The translations under genes and the position numbers were made by a program. Positions 42,357 to 52,825 of a stretch of 64,000 nt of DNA are shown piece by piece (position 1 is the stretch's first letter; the number at the start of each line of letters is the position of its first letter). The notes under the pieces are model-generated. The model saw nothing but the letters and a program-made list of their open reading frames with translations, was not told where the DNA came from and searched no databases. This DNA is from Tetramitus jugosus (Eukaryota; Protista; Heterolobosea): NCBI GenBank assembly GCA_937625935.1, contig OW569355.1:496001-560000 (forward strand), given 5' to 3'.

Positions 42357-44450
42357 CTAAAAGGCCAGAGAACCTTCTTTTGATTTTTCATCCAAACTTC
42401 TTTGTTCATTTGTGGTTAGTTGCTGTTGCTGTTGAGTATCGGGCATGATTTCGAGTGCCCAATAGTTATCTGGTGTCGAGGGACGTTCATGTCTTGGCTG
42501 ATGTCTGCTGCAGCTATTCACCATCCGTAACCGTTGTGCCTCAGGCAGTCCCTGGAGCGAATCATAAAATACCTTGCATTCCACACATACTATTTTATGC
42601 TTACTTGTACTGTCTTGTTCAGTCCTACTCTTAGAATTTCTGCTGTCAGTGCTACTGCTTGCATTCGAGGACTTCTTGCCAAGAGATGTTGTTGTGTCAG
42701 CATTTCTTCTCGTTGCTTGCACCAGTTGCCGTTGACTCTCCTCACTGGCCATAAACAGATAGTAATCGATATCATCGTTTACAGTTGTGTTGGGTTTTGT
42801 CCTTGAACTGGACGACGATGGCGGGAGCGCGCTGCGTTTTTCATTTGGCATATTGTACTTAGCAGATGGCAAGCCTGTCCGCGAACTGGTTAAATCTACA
42901 ATTTTTGTTGTAGAAGATGCACTGAGTTTCTGCTGTCCTTGAGTCTTTGACTCCTCGTGACGAGATTTCCCTAACAACAGTTTCTTCTTTCTGTTGTCTT
43001 TTGATAAAGTATCGGTTTGATTTTTGTTGGGTGTTGTTGATGCATTGGGTGGAGAGCTGATCATTTGAGTTGATATGATCTTGGGTATTGGGAGTTGACG
43101 TTTCCTTTGATCCCGATTTCTGACGGGTGGTTGCACCTTGTCTGGCGTTGTTTTGCTGGATGAAGCCTTAGGTTTGTTTGAGGTCTTAAACTTGTCGAAT
43201 ATACTATATGATACTTGTTGTTTCGCTGCTTTGTTGACATTGTCTGCACTACTCGATAATGGTCCCAAGCTTTTGGATTTCTTTGTCGATCTTTGTTCTT
43301 CTTCATCGTCAGATGGCATTGGTATTGTCAGAACAGAGTCATCGCGGACCTTCTCACTCGTTTCTAGCTCATTCATACTTCTCTTTCTCTTTCTGTTATC
43401 TTCTCTTTCTATCGTCATGGAAGTAGAGGTCGCTCCCGTGTTCAACTCAGTGCGTTTCCTATTGTTGATCGTAGTATCAGTAGCATCTTCCACCATCGCT
43501 CGGCTGGAAACTCCTCCTCTATTCACAGATATTCTTCCAGAGTTGTCCTTACGGGAAGCCGATCTTTCGCGAGTGGAATGCGCACCAAACTCAGTTGCAT
43601 GTACTCTGTTTCTGGACGATAGATCATTAATCGTCATGTTATCATCGACATTCGATTCCTCTCTCACAGTCTTATCTAATTGTTCCTCTTCCTCTTCAAC
43701 ATCACTCACAACTTGATCATTCAATCGTTCATTTGCAACACCACCGATCCTATACCGGTCATTATCATCTCCATCTCCATCATTACCATCATTTAGTACC
43801 ATCGTATAACCTCTTCTCTTTCCACCACCCATTGATCGATATCTTTCTCTGTACAGTTCATTCTTTCTCTCCAATTTCTCCAATCTCCTTAATAAAAATT
43901 TTTGTTCCATATTCCACAACTCTTCTTCTCTCTGATCTTCACTGCGTTCCATCACGGTTTTCATCTGAATCTGATTCAATATACGCTGATGATGACTGTA
44001 CACCGTTAGTAACTGACTCAAGAACAATTGATTGTCAACATCATTATTATCATGCATCATTTCTCCTTCATTTATCTCATCATTCTCCATTTGATCATCA
44101 TCATCTTCTTCATTTTCGTCATCATCATCATCTTCGATCACATTCACATTATTGTGATAGTGACGATGATGCTTGTTGTAGAGGAGTTGTTGTTCATGGT
44201 GATGGAGGGATGATGATGATGGAGGTGTGGATGTAGGAGGAGCAGTACCTGTTGATATCGCCGTTCCAATAATGGAGGCAACTTCTTCATCGTCACTGCT
44301 ACTACCACTACTATCAAAATATGTCTCTTCTTGCATAAGTGTGTTTCGTTTTCTTTTGGAGGTGTAATTTTGTTCGACCAAACAATCGAATTCTTCGGAG
44401 ATAGATAGAAGGGAGAAACCTGAATTCTCCTCCTTTGAAGAGTCAAACAT
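42357..44450 (-). CDS. CtIP/Sae2/COM1-like DNA end-resection factor
   Basis: C-terminal CVEC..FY...CSRHQ......STPDNYW matches the Sae2/CtIP CxxC-RHR-TP..W block; N-terminal coiled coil. Start codon uncertain. Confidence 0.75.
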   Translation of the reverse strand: MFDSSKEENSGFSLLSISEEFDCLVEQNYTSKRKRNTLMQEETYFDSSGSSSDDEEVASIIGTAISTGTAPPTSTPPSSSSLHHHEQQLLYNKHHRHYHNNVNVIEDDDDDENEEDDDDQMENDEINEGEMMHDNNDVDNQLFLSQLLTVYSHHQRILNQIQMKTVMERSEDQREEELWNMEQKFLLRRLEKLERKNELYRERYRSMGGGKRRGYTMVLNDGNDGDGDDNDRYRIGGVANERLNDQVVSDVEEEEEQLDKTVREESNVDDNMTINDLSSRNRVHATEFGAHSTRERSASRKDNSGRISVNRGGVSSRAMVEDATDTTINNRKRTELNTGATSTSMTIEREDNRKRKRSMNELETSEKVRDDSVLTIPMPSDDEEEQRSTKKSKSLGPLSSSADNVNKAAKQQVSYSIFDKFKTSNKPKASSSKTTPDKVQPPVRNRDQRKRQLPIPKIISTQMISSPPNASTTPNKNQTDTLSKDNRKKKLLLGKSRHEESKTQGQQKLSASSTTKIVDLTSSRTGLPSAKYNMPNEKRSALPPSSSSSRTKPNTTVNDDIDYYLFMASEESQRQLVQATRRNADTTTSLGKKSSNASSSTDSRNSKSRTEQDSTSKHKIVCVECKVFYDSLQGLPEAQRLRMVNSCSRHQPRHERPSTPDNYWALEIMPDTQQQQQLTTNEQRSLDEKSKEGSLAF

Positions 44451-44467
44451 CGAAACATAAAAACAAG

Positions 44468-46612
44468 ATGAAGCTGCAAGCATTGATATCGATTTGTGTC
44501 ATCTTGTTGATAATGACACTATTCATCACTGCACAGACTAATATTGACACTATGGATGTTCGTTATGTAGATAGCTCCGTATTTTTCAATGCTGCTGATG
44601 CAAGTGAGCCAGTGATTAGTTACAATGGATTTTTTGTGTTGGGAAGTACGAGATATGGTGCTCATTATCACTATTGGTTCTTTCCCAGAGAGGAAAACAT
44701 TGTTGCTGGTGGTGATGAACCGTTTGTTGTTTGGTTCAATGGAGGACCTGGTTGCTCATCGATTGTTGGTGTCATGCTGGAGAATGGACCATTTCAATTC
44801 GATATACAGAGAGAGGAGTTGAATCTCGAGCGGTTGAATCCTTCGAGGTGGAGCAAGTTTGCCAACATGCTCTATATTGATAGTCCGTTGGGTGCAGGAT
44901 TCTCTCACTACAATGGAACTGTGAATGATATTCCTAATACTGCACAGGCAACGATGGAAGATATTTACTTGTGTCTACAACTCTTTTTCAAGAATGAACA
45001 GTTTAGAGGGTATAGAGAGAATCGATTGTATCTGAGTGGTGAGTCGTATGGTGCCAAGTATGTGCTGCATCTAGGGTCAATCATTGATCGAGAGAATGAA
45101 AAGGGAAATGATGGTTCAGTGCATTTGAATCTGCATGGTTTAATGATGTTCAATGGATGGGTCTACTCTGAGATTCAACACAGAGTCTATATTGAATACG
45201 CGTATTTGAATGGAATGATTGATTACAAGTATTATGTCGAAGCGAATACACAGATGCAACACTGTATGCAACTGTTTGCAAATCAGCAATATGAACAAGC
45301 AGCAAGAAATTGCTCTAGTTTGTACTTTGGCATTTTGGATGGTGGTGATCGATTACCGAACTCGTTTTATGTTTACGACGTACGAAAAATGGGCTCATTT
45401 CCAGAGAGTGCGTTCACTAACTTTATGAACAAGGATGAGATCAAGAAAGCTCTTGGCACAGAGTTACTTCAATTTTCAACATGTGGTGCCGGTTTGTTCC
45501 CTCACTTTGGTATTGATTTTCATATGAATGATGCACCCTTAATTCCTAAACTACTGTCCAAGTACCAGATTTTGTTACTCAATGGACAGTTTGACATTCG
45601 TTCATCAGTGTATGGAGTCAATGAACTCGTGAAGCAGGTGGAGTGGAATGGCAAATATACGTTTGATCAAATGCCATTAGACTCGTTTCAACTAAATGGA
45701 ACGATGAGTGCATCGTTCAAATCTCACAACAATCTAACTCTTTTGACTCTGTATGGCGCTGGTCATATGGCACCAATGGATCAACCACAGGCCACGTTCA
45801 ACGTAGTGAAGCTATTTATCGATGAAGACTCACTATGTTCTGCAACAAAGGCCGGTAAGTGCAATACAGTGTCATCTTGTCCTCAACAGTGCTCAAAACA
45901 CGGCCAGTGTACTGCTCAATTGAAATGCAAGTGCAACTCTGGCTTTAGTGGCGAAATTTGTAATGAAGGCCACAAACAAGTTGATTTGGGTGAAGTCGCA
46001 CTCTATCCTAGCTACATATTTGGCAAGCAAATGAACACGTACAATATCCAAATTGCCTCTAGAAAAACAAGCGGTAGCTACGATCTCTCCGTAACAATAG
46101 AGAGATCTTCTAAGCTTGCTAAACTACACATGTTCGTGCACACTGGAACGAGTTCAACTCCTGTTAACAAGGCGCAACCTGAGTTATTGAAACAGACATT
46201 TGCGTACAAAGTATTCGAGGACGCTTCAACCTACTCGGCAACAATTCGGCAGCTGCCTCTCCATAACAACACTCACATAACGATTGTTGTCATGAACACT
46301 GTAGATACCGAAGCGAATTTCAAATTAACTGTCACAACTCAGCTGAACAGTGGAAACAAGTATAATACCGCATTGATTGGATCGGTATTTTCATTTGGAG
46401 CTCTGGCTGTGATTTCCGTCTTTCTTGCATTCATTATCGTTGCTCAATTCAGTTTAGATTCTACATGCTTGCGAGCATTGAGCGTTGATGTTGGATCAAG
46501 TAGAAATAATGATGGTCACTTATTCGAGCAGGTTCAGGAGCAAGTACAGGATGAAATGTACGAATCCGATGAGAATCCCGATCAGATACAGGATTCATCA
46601 GACGACTTGTAA
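44468..46612 (+). CDS. Serine carboxypeptidase S10 with EGF-like domain and C-terminal TM helix
   Basis: Signal peptide; WFNGGPGCSS, GESYG, NGQFD, GAGHMAP.DQP; CS.HG.C....C.C..GFSG..C; TM helix and acidic tail. Confidence 0.9.
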   Translation: MKLQALISICVILLIMTLFITAQTNIDTMDVRYVDSSVFFNAADASEPVISYNGFFVLGSTRYGAHYHYWFFPREENIVAGGDEPFVVWFNGGPGCSSIVGVMLENGPFQFDIQREELNLERLNPSRWSKFANMLYIDSPLGAGFSHYNGTVNDIPNTAQATMEDIYLCLQLFFKNEQFRGYRENRLYLSGESYGAKYVLHLGSIIDRENEKGNDGSVHLNLHGLMMFNGWVYSEIQHRVYIEYAYLNGMIDYKYYVEANTQMQHCMQLFANQQYEQAARNCSSLYFGILDGGDRLPNSFYVYDVRKMGSFPESAFTNFMNKDEIKKALGTELLQFSTCGAGLFPHFGIDFHMNDAPLIPKLLSKYQILLLNGQFDIRSSVYGVNELVKQVEWNGKYTFDQMPLDSFQLNGTMSASFKSHNNLTLLTLYGAGHMAPMDQPQATFNVVKLFIDEDSLCSATKAGKCNTVSSCPQQCSKHGQCTAQLKCKCNSGFSGEICNEGHKQVDLGEVALYPSYIFGKQMNTYNIQIASRKTSGSYDLSVTIERSSKLAKLHMFVHTGTSSTPVNKAQPELLKQTFAYKVFEDASTYSATIRQLPLHNNTHITIVVMNTVDTEANFKLTVTTQLNSGNKYNTALIGSVFSFGALAVISVFLAFIIVAQFSLDSTCLRALSVDVGSSRNNDGHLFEQVQEQVQDEMYESDENPDQIQDSSDDL

Positions 46613-46669
46613 TACTATTAATTTATATGATTGGTGGATAACTTTATGTATTAGCTTGTTGAGTGGTGA

Positions 46670-48765
46670 TTAGGTGTGGGTTTGACCCCATCGTGTTAAA
46701 CATGATGATGTGTTCAATATGGCATGCGGCTCGAGTCCATCGTGCAATTGAACAATATTTGGAAGAGAATTGCTTCTAATAGTTCTGAGTTGGTCTTGAG
46801 GTTGTTCCTGTACCATGGCATCCGTACTTGAGCTTGCAGGAGGGCATCTTACAGTTGAGGAATTAGTCGCATAGGAGGAGATCTGTTGATCTTTACAGTC
46901 ATTGATTGCTGTTGCCTCAGCAATCATTACTGACTGTACATCTTGGCTCTCCTGACTGTCGTGCTTGAGTTGCTCTTGTAGTTGTTGTTTCTGCATCTCC
47001 TGCTTGTACTGCTTGTGAATCTTTTGAGCTTCAGAATCTAAAGTTCTGAACTTGTTCTCCAGTTGTGCCAGTCTTCCCTCTGTTGAATCAGAAGACAATA
47101 TGTATTTGTATGGATGGCCTCGACGTCCCTTGCCACTCTGGATCACCACCCCTTCATTGACCAGCATGCATAAAGTTGCCCAAACCTTTGCTCTATTCCC
47201 ACTCACCTTACTCTGAATACAGTCCCATGTGCAGGGAGTGTCAAATTGTTCAAGTACCCTGTACATGCGCTCTCTCAGTGCAGGAGTCGAAGTGATACCG
47301 CCTGTGCACAACTTGACAGTCGGTTTAATTGCATTCCGGGAACAAATTACATTGAAGTCTAATGAGTCAGTGACCTTCTTCTCCAGATCTGGATCTCTCC
47401 GAACTTTTCTGGAATTCAAGCTGTTCCTTCTTCGCTTCACAACTGCTGCTGGGGCATTATCATGCAGGTCATGCTGGTTTCCAGGTAGTGAGCCCGGCTC
47501 TGTTACTCGGCTGACTTGCTGGGTAATCCCTGCTGTTGGTTGTATTCTGTTAAAGTTTGAAGGCAAGGGAAACATGAAGTTCATTGGTTGAAAGTTCATG
47601 ACAGTATCATCAACGGCTCCGCCACTCTGGGAATAGTGATGTATCTTGGGAAGGCGAATGAACGAAGATGAAGGCAGTGATGCAGTGTCGATGATGGAAG
47701 ATCTCTGTTGTTGTACTTCAAATGGATCGAACGGTTGTCCATCGACAATACTAAACGCTTGCAGGAGGGCGTCTATTTTGGAGTTGTTAGGGTCCTGGGA
47801 TATCTCAAACATTTTCATTCTCTTTCGATCTGGACTATTGACTTCCGCTTTCTCAGAGTCTTGTTCTTGGTTCTCTCCAACGAGCTTCTCACTGCCTGTT
47901 GTCTCCTGTTGCAGTTCATCATCCAATACTTGGTACCTTGTGTTGGTGGAAACGCTTCGATCCAATACCAATGATTCCAGTGAACAATCGGGAGAAGGAG
48001 ACAATGGAGTATCATGACTTTGATACATTGTAACCAGCTTTCCGAGTCCTTCCTTGACATGGTCGGCAACAAGAGCTCGATGTATTCTGCACGATTCATT
48101 TTCATCGAGACGTAATTGAGATCCCCTGTATCTTGTGAAAGCCTCCTGATCGGAGCGAAATTGTTGAATCTGGTCAAACAGTTGAGGGTGCAGAAACTCC
48201 TTTAGTTTGGGGATATCAATGCTTGCTAAGCGCTGTATGGACTCTTTGTCTTGACTAATTGAATGAGGGAGAGTATCACAAAAAACATTGTGTTAGTAAG
48301 ATGGCTGCGATCTCAGTTCACAAAACATCGATTGTAACTTTCATCGTTGTACATACTTTTCTAAGGCTTCAAAGTACTGTTGGACCTTGATATTTACGAG
48401 TAGTCCGTTCAAATTGTCCAAAATACTGGCTGTTCTGGCATTATTGTACAGGCATGAGATGGAGGGGAGTTGTTGATCTTGGTGGTTGTTCATCAAATCA
48501 GTACGTAGTACCAGTAGTTCCGAACTACATGTTAAATTACTGAGGCAATGTTGACTTCTGTGTTGAGGCAAGAATTGTTCATAGTGAGAGATCAGGAATT
48601 GGAAGTAGTACTGTACAGTGGACCAATCCCCTGATTGAACAAGTCTAGCGAGCAATTCTACATCTTTGTCCGAGAAATTCTTTTGTTTGTCTGGCAGTTT
48701 TGTCGATTGAGATGAAGGAGCAGCTGTGAATAGTACTTCTTCTTGAGAAGAAGGATATCGGGGCA
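46670..48765 (-). CDS. Putative nuclear protein with CTLH-like N-terminus and winged-helix-like domain; intron 48255..48356
   Basis: A GTATGT...TAG intron joins two listed ORFs in frame (YFEALE-N-QDKESI...MYQ). The 5' end is unresolved and the domain calls are tentative. Confidence 0.5.
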
Positions 48766-49663
48766 TATTTTCTGAATAGAGAGGTATTTTGATACCGTCC
48801 AAGTGGTTAGTGAATTGACGACTTAGTTGTACTAAAAGAAGCAAAACCAATACATTGAGAAAAAGGTATTTTGATTGGTGGCGGGTCGAGTGGATGATGA
48901 GTGGGTACTTACATTGAGTCGGGTCAGAATTCACAGTCAGAAATATTTACTTGGTTCTTCTTGATCTTTAAGCATGTAAGCATCACAGGAGTTAGATGTT
49001 GTAAGATTTGACTTGAGGTACAAAAAGACTGGAGCCATTCGTCACTCATATACAACGCGAATACAATCATCCAAAAGGGACCGATAATAGCATGAAAAAA
49101 CAAAATTTTTGGACTGATTTCAGCACTATTTCCAGGAGTTGGGATGTTTTGGCGAGTATTTAGATTTCGGCGATCAAGCCATCAACAGTTTTGTATGCCA
49201 TGAGGGATCTTGCCGGCACCTTGACACCTTCGAACTTTCCTGATCGATCTTCCCATCGCTAGAAAAGTTTTTCTGGTCATTTATTGAGTACTTGGAGGAA
49301 CTTGTAATACACCCTATTACAAGCTACAATTCCTGCATATCACGAGGATCAATCCGTTCGGTGATCCTTCAACTGTTTTGAGCGGCAAGAGAATATCCTA
49401 CAGTTCACTATAAAAACGAACTTGCATCAAATCCCGGAGTAATATGATTTGGCGGTTCGAATAATAAAAATTCGTCCTTGTGGAACTCTCACAAAGAGAC
49501 GCGTTGGGTGCCAGTGGTTGAGGCACCAAAAAAGCCAGAGTAAAATTTCGCTGCTTGTTGGTGAACCAAAAAACCCCTTCTCGAACGCCACAAACGAAAA
49601 AAAAACCAACAACAACAACAACAAAAAACAACAACAACAACAGCAGTAGTACTATAAAAAAAA

Positions 49664-50314
49664 ATGTCGATTCAATTGGGATTGGTTGCCAACATGACCG
49701 ACAGACAACTCGTCGGTCAATATCCAACATCAGGCAGCACAAGACAACTCTCTGACATTATCACACAAAAAATTGTTCCTAAACTCGCCAGTAACAATCA
49801 CAAGAGAACACTGACACAAGGTGAAAACGAATTTCATTACAAGGTCAGCGGCAATTACGTCTATTTTTGTGTTGCGCACAAAAATGCGACCAAGCGTGTC
49901 GTGTGGGCCTTTATCGACGACATGGAAAATTATGTCATGAAAAATGGAGCACGTTCTCTCAAGAATTCCATTAAAGATAAATTGGCCTATTTCAATGATC
50001 CTGGCAATGACAAGATTAATCAGTTGCAAACAAAGATTGATGACGTCAAGGATGTCATGATTGACAACATTGACAAGATTTTGGAGAGAGGTGAAAAGTT
50101 GGAGACACTTGTGGAGAGCACGGATCAATTGGCTGATGGAGCCAAGCAATTCAGACAAGGAACAAGAAAGGTCAAGAATCGCATGTGCTTCAAGTACATT
50201 ATCATTGTTGTGGCATTGATTTTGGTGATTTTGGCTGTGATTGTGATTGCTATTTTGATTGGTTGTGGTTTCCCAACATTCTATCGCTGTAATCCAAACT
50301 ATTACAGAAAGTAA
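49664..50314 (+). CDS. VAMP7: VAMP7-like longin R-SNARE
   Basis: Longin N-terminus, SNARE motif VKDVMIDNIDKILERGEKLE, C-terminal TM helix. Confidence 0.9.
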   Translation: MSIQLGLVANMTDRQLVGQYPTSGSTRQLSDIITQKIVPKLASNNHKRTLTQGENEFHYKVSGNYVYFCVAHKNATKRVVWAFIDDMENYVMKNGARSLKNSIKDKLAYFNDPGNDKINQLQTKIDDVKDVMIDNIDKILERGEKLETLVESTDQLADGAKQFRQGTRKVKNRMCFKYIIIVVALILVILAVIVIAILIGCGFPTFYRCNPNYYRK

Positions 50315-50714
50315 GATGCAATCATCAATGTCGATGACACTTTTGTTTTTCATGTGTGTGTGGTGTAGGTGCGTGGTGTTTGGATAGGCCTTGAAGACAA
50401 ACACACAACAACATTGCACAACACACATTATGAACGACAAATTTGTCAACCGTGCGCTCAGACACACCTGTACACTCACTATGACTGACTCAACACCACC
50501 ATTGCAAATTCATGATGATGATGATAACTATGATATCTGCATATATCACACAATAGAAGCAGAGAGAATCATCTCTGCCCCTCTTTTCTTTACTACTACT
50601 ACTTCTAATATAACACGTTTATAAATACATACATTTTATCTCTCTGTGACACTTTGTTTCCTCTATATTTTTTGCTCAATGATGATCATTGTAGAACTCA
50701 ATACTGCTGCTACT

Positions 50715-52322
50715 TTAGAAGCATTCCACGAAATAAGCTCCGAGAAGCTTGGGGTTCTTCACGAGGAAGAGTGCAAGATCCTCGACAAAGTTTGCTACAA
50801 GCATCTCACGAATGTTGGGTTGAATCCTCGATGCCAAATTTACCACCTTCTCCGCATACCGCTCTACTTTTTCATGATTGATGATGTTGGATAAGTTTTG
50901 CAGTTGTTGGTGGTTGACTGGATTTCGACGACATGCTTTCAACAGGGAATGAGGGCTGTTGCGTGGAAGAATATTGTCCTCGAACAAGTAGTGATACCTG
51001 GAGTGGACAATCACTTGATTCACAAAATCTCCTGCACTCTTCATTGATCCTAGCTCTGGTATCACCGAAATGTGCTTCTTGAGTAAAACATTGAGGAAAT
51101 GCGTCAGGTAGTATGTTCCAGCATAGAGATTCTGATCAAAAGTCCAATCTGACTCAAATGGCAGTGGTGAAGTGATCATTTGCTGATAATAATCACTGTC
51201 CGGTGCATCGGTCCACACATTGACCGATACTGACAATTCCTCATCAGACTGCACGTGATGGAACCAGAATGGAGGCAAATACAGGAGGTCACCAGGGTTA
51301 AGAGTCACTAGATATGGCCGTTGCATCAATCGATCACTGTACGGATACTTTTCAAACAAATGTTCCCAATTGTCCTCTTCAAAGTTCAATTGAGATTGAC
51401 GATAGGATGGATGATGCCTCGAATACAAGTACATGTAGTACCATTGATCCGGTGGATACAACAAGAACGTCTTTTGTCCAATCACTTGCACAAACGCATT
51501 GTGAAACGCATCAAAATGTGCTTGAGCCGTAGATTTCTTCCCGCCAATCCATAAATTGACCGCCTGACCTGTTTCACCGACATGAAGCAACTCGACTGGT
51601 TGTATATCACGCAGGAGAATGTCATTGGAGGACAATGGCTGCGAAAAGTAGTAGAACTTGTCATTCCGTTGATGATCCAACAATCTCAAGAAGGATTTCA
51701 TTGTCATCCCACTCTGTTGAGCAGCAGAAGTCGCAGCACCAGGTGAGGATGATGACGAGCTAGAATAGAGCATATCGTCATAATGCTTCTGGGTGCCATC
51801 GCTCACTGTTCGAGGAACGAACAAAGACATGGCTCTATCTTCATTATAGTACATGAACAGTGGATGATTGTGATAGTGGTAGTGCTTAATGGGAACGTGA
51901 CCATACTTTGTTTCCAATAGCTGTTTGGTCCATCGTTTGGTCACATCTGGCTGAAGTGCATTCCATGGTATGGGATGATGTGCTTGTTGTTGTTGTTGCA
52001 GATTACCACGTGAAGAACGATAAGCATTGTTGCTGTTGTAGTTTTCAATTTTTGAGAATCGGTAGACAACAGGTTTCTGATCTCGAATGTAGGACCGCAA
52101 ATCTGTTCGAATATCGGTAAAAGATGGATGCTGTGGCTGTTGTGGAAATATTTCGTCAATGGGTTGATGGAGAATGTGAGTGTGACGAAAGTGTTGAACA
52201 AAGATGGAGACTCCAATCAACAGTGGGACAAGGAACAAGAGTGCATGATCTTTTATGGATTGGACGACAAGCATTGATTGTTTTTTCTTCGAATTTTGTT
52301 TTGCTTTGCTGCCAACTTTCAT
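50715..52322 (-). CDS. JmjC/cupin_8 2OG oxygenase with N-terminal hydrophobic anchor
   Basis: NLWIG...AHFD..HN..VQV.G.K.FLLYPP and LNPGDLLYLPPFWFHHV. Confidence 0.88.
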   Translation of the reverse strand: MKVGSKAKQNSKKKQSMLVVQSIKDHALLFLVPLLIGVSIFVQHFRHTHILHQPIDEIFPQQPQHPSFTDIRTDLRSYIRDQKPVVYRFSKIENYNSNNAYRSSRGNLQQQQQAHHPIPWNALQPDVTKRWTKQLLETKYGHVPIKHYHYHNHPLFMYYNEDRAMSLFVPRTVSDGTQKHYDDMLYSSSSSSSPGAATSAAQQSGMTMKSFLRLLDHQRNDKFYYFSQPLSSNDILLRDIQPVELLHVGETGQAVNLWIGGKKSTAQAHFDAFHNAFVQVIGQKTFLLYPPDQWYYMYLYSRHHPSYRQSQLNFEEDNWEHLFEKYPYSDRLMQRPYLVTLNPGDLLYLPPFWFHHVQSDEELSVSVNVWTDAPDSDYYQQMITSPLPFESDWTFDQNLYAGTYYLTHFLNVLLKKHISVIPELGSMKSAGDFVNQVIVHSRYHYLFEDNILPRNSPHSLLKACRRNPVNHQQLQNLSNIINHEKVERYAEKVVNLASRIQPNIREMLVANFVEDLALFLVKNPKLLGAYFVECF

Positions 52323-52437
52323 TCACAGCAATTTTTCACTTTTCTCGTCTCTCCTCACAGTGTCGACGCTTTTCTTCATCACACACCAACTCTTGATATT
52401 TTGAATCTGTTGTTGCGGTGTATCCATGGACTGATCC

Positions 52438-52740
52438 TTAGTTGGTGGTAGGGCTAAAGAATTGCAAAGTTTTCGTTGCCAGTATGCTATTGTCAAGGAA
52501 TCCCTTGACTGATCCTCTGAGATTCCGTGCATTGTCAGCGACAAATCTCACACGAATGATTGAGCCATCTCGTGAGATGGTTCGTTGTACGGTGCCCTGA
52601 GACAAATCTTCATCGACAATCACAGTGTTGTAAACGATGCTTGACGTTTTCTCATTTTCAAAATCAAGTTCAAGGTCACTGTTGGTGGTGGTTCGTGCAC
52701 GTTTTTGGTGAGTGAATAGAGTTTGAGAGGAAATCTCCAT
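52438..52740 (-). CDS. Small hypothetical protein
   Basis: 100-codon ORF after an A/C-rich leader, filling the gap between genes. Confidence 0.35.
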   Translation of the reverse strand: MEISSQTLFTHQKRARTTTNSDLELDFENEKTSSIVYNTVIVDEDLSQGTVQRTISRDGSIIRVRFVADNARNLRGSVKGFLDNSILATKTLQFFSPTTN

Positions 52741-52825
52741 GGTAATGGTTTTGGTACATACTACGTGATTTGGTCTGACATTTTTTTTGTTTGTTTTGTC
52801 TTTGCTGTTTGTTGATTTCAGATGT

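Noticed and set aside
48766-49400. Additional upstream exons or a separate gene, plus a small hairpin near 49345-49370
   Set aside because: The candidate splice runs into an in-frame stop upstream; no supportable ORF or RNA family.
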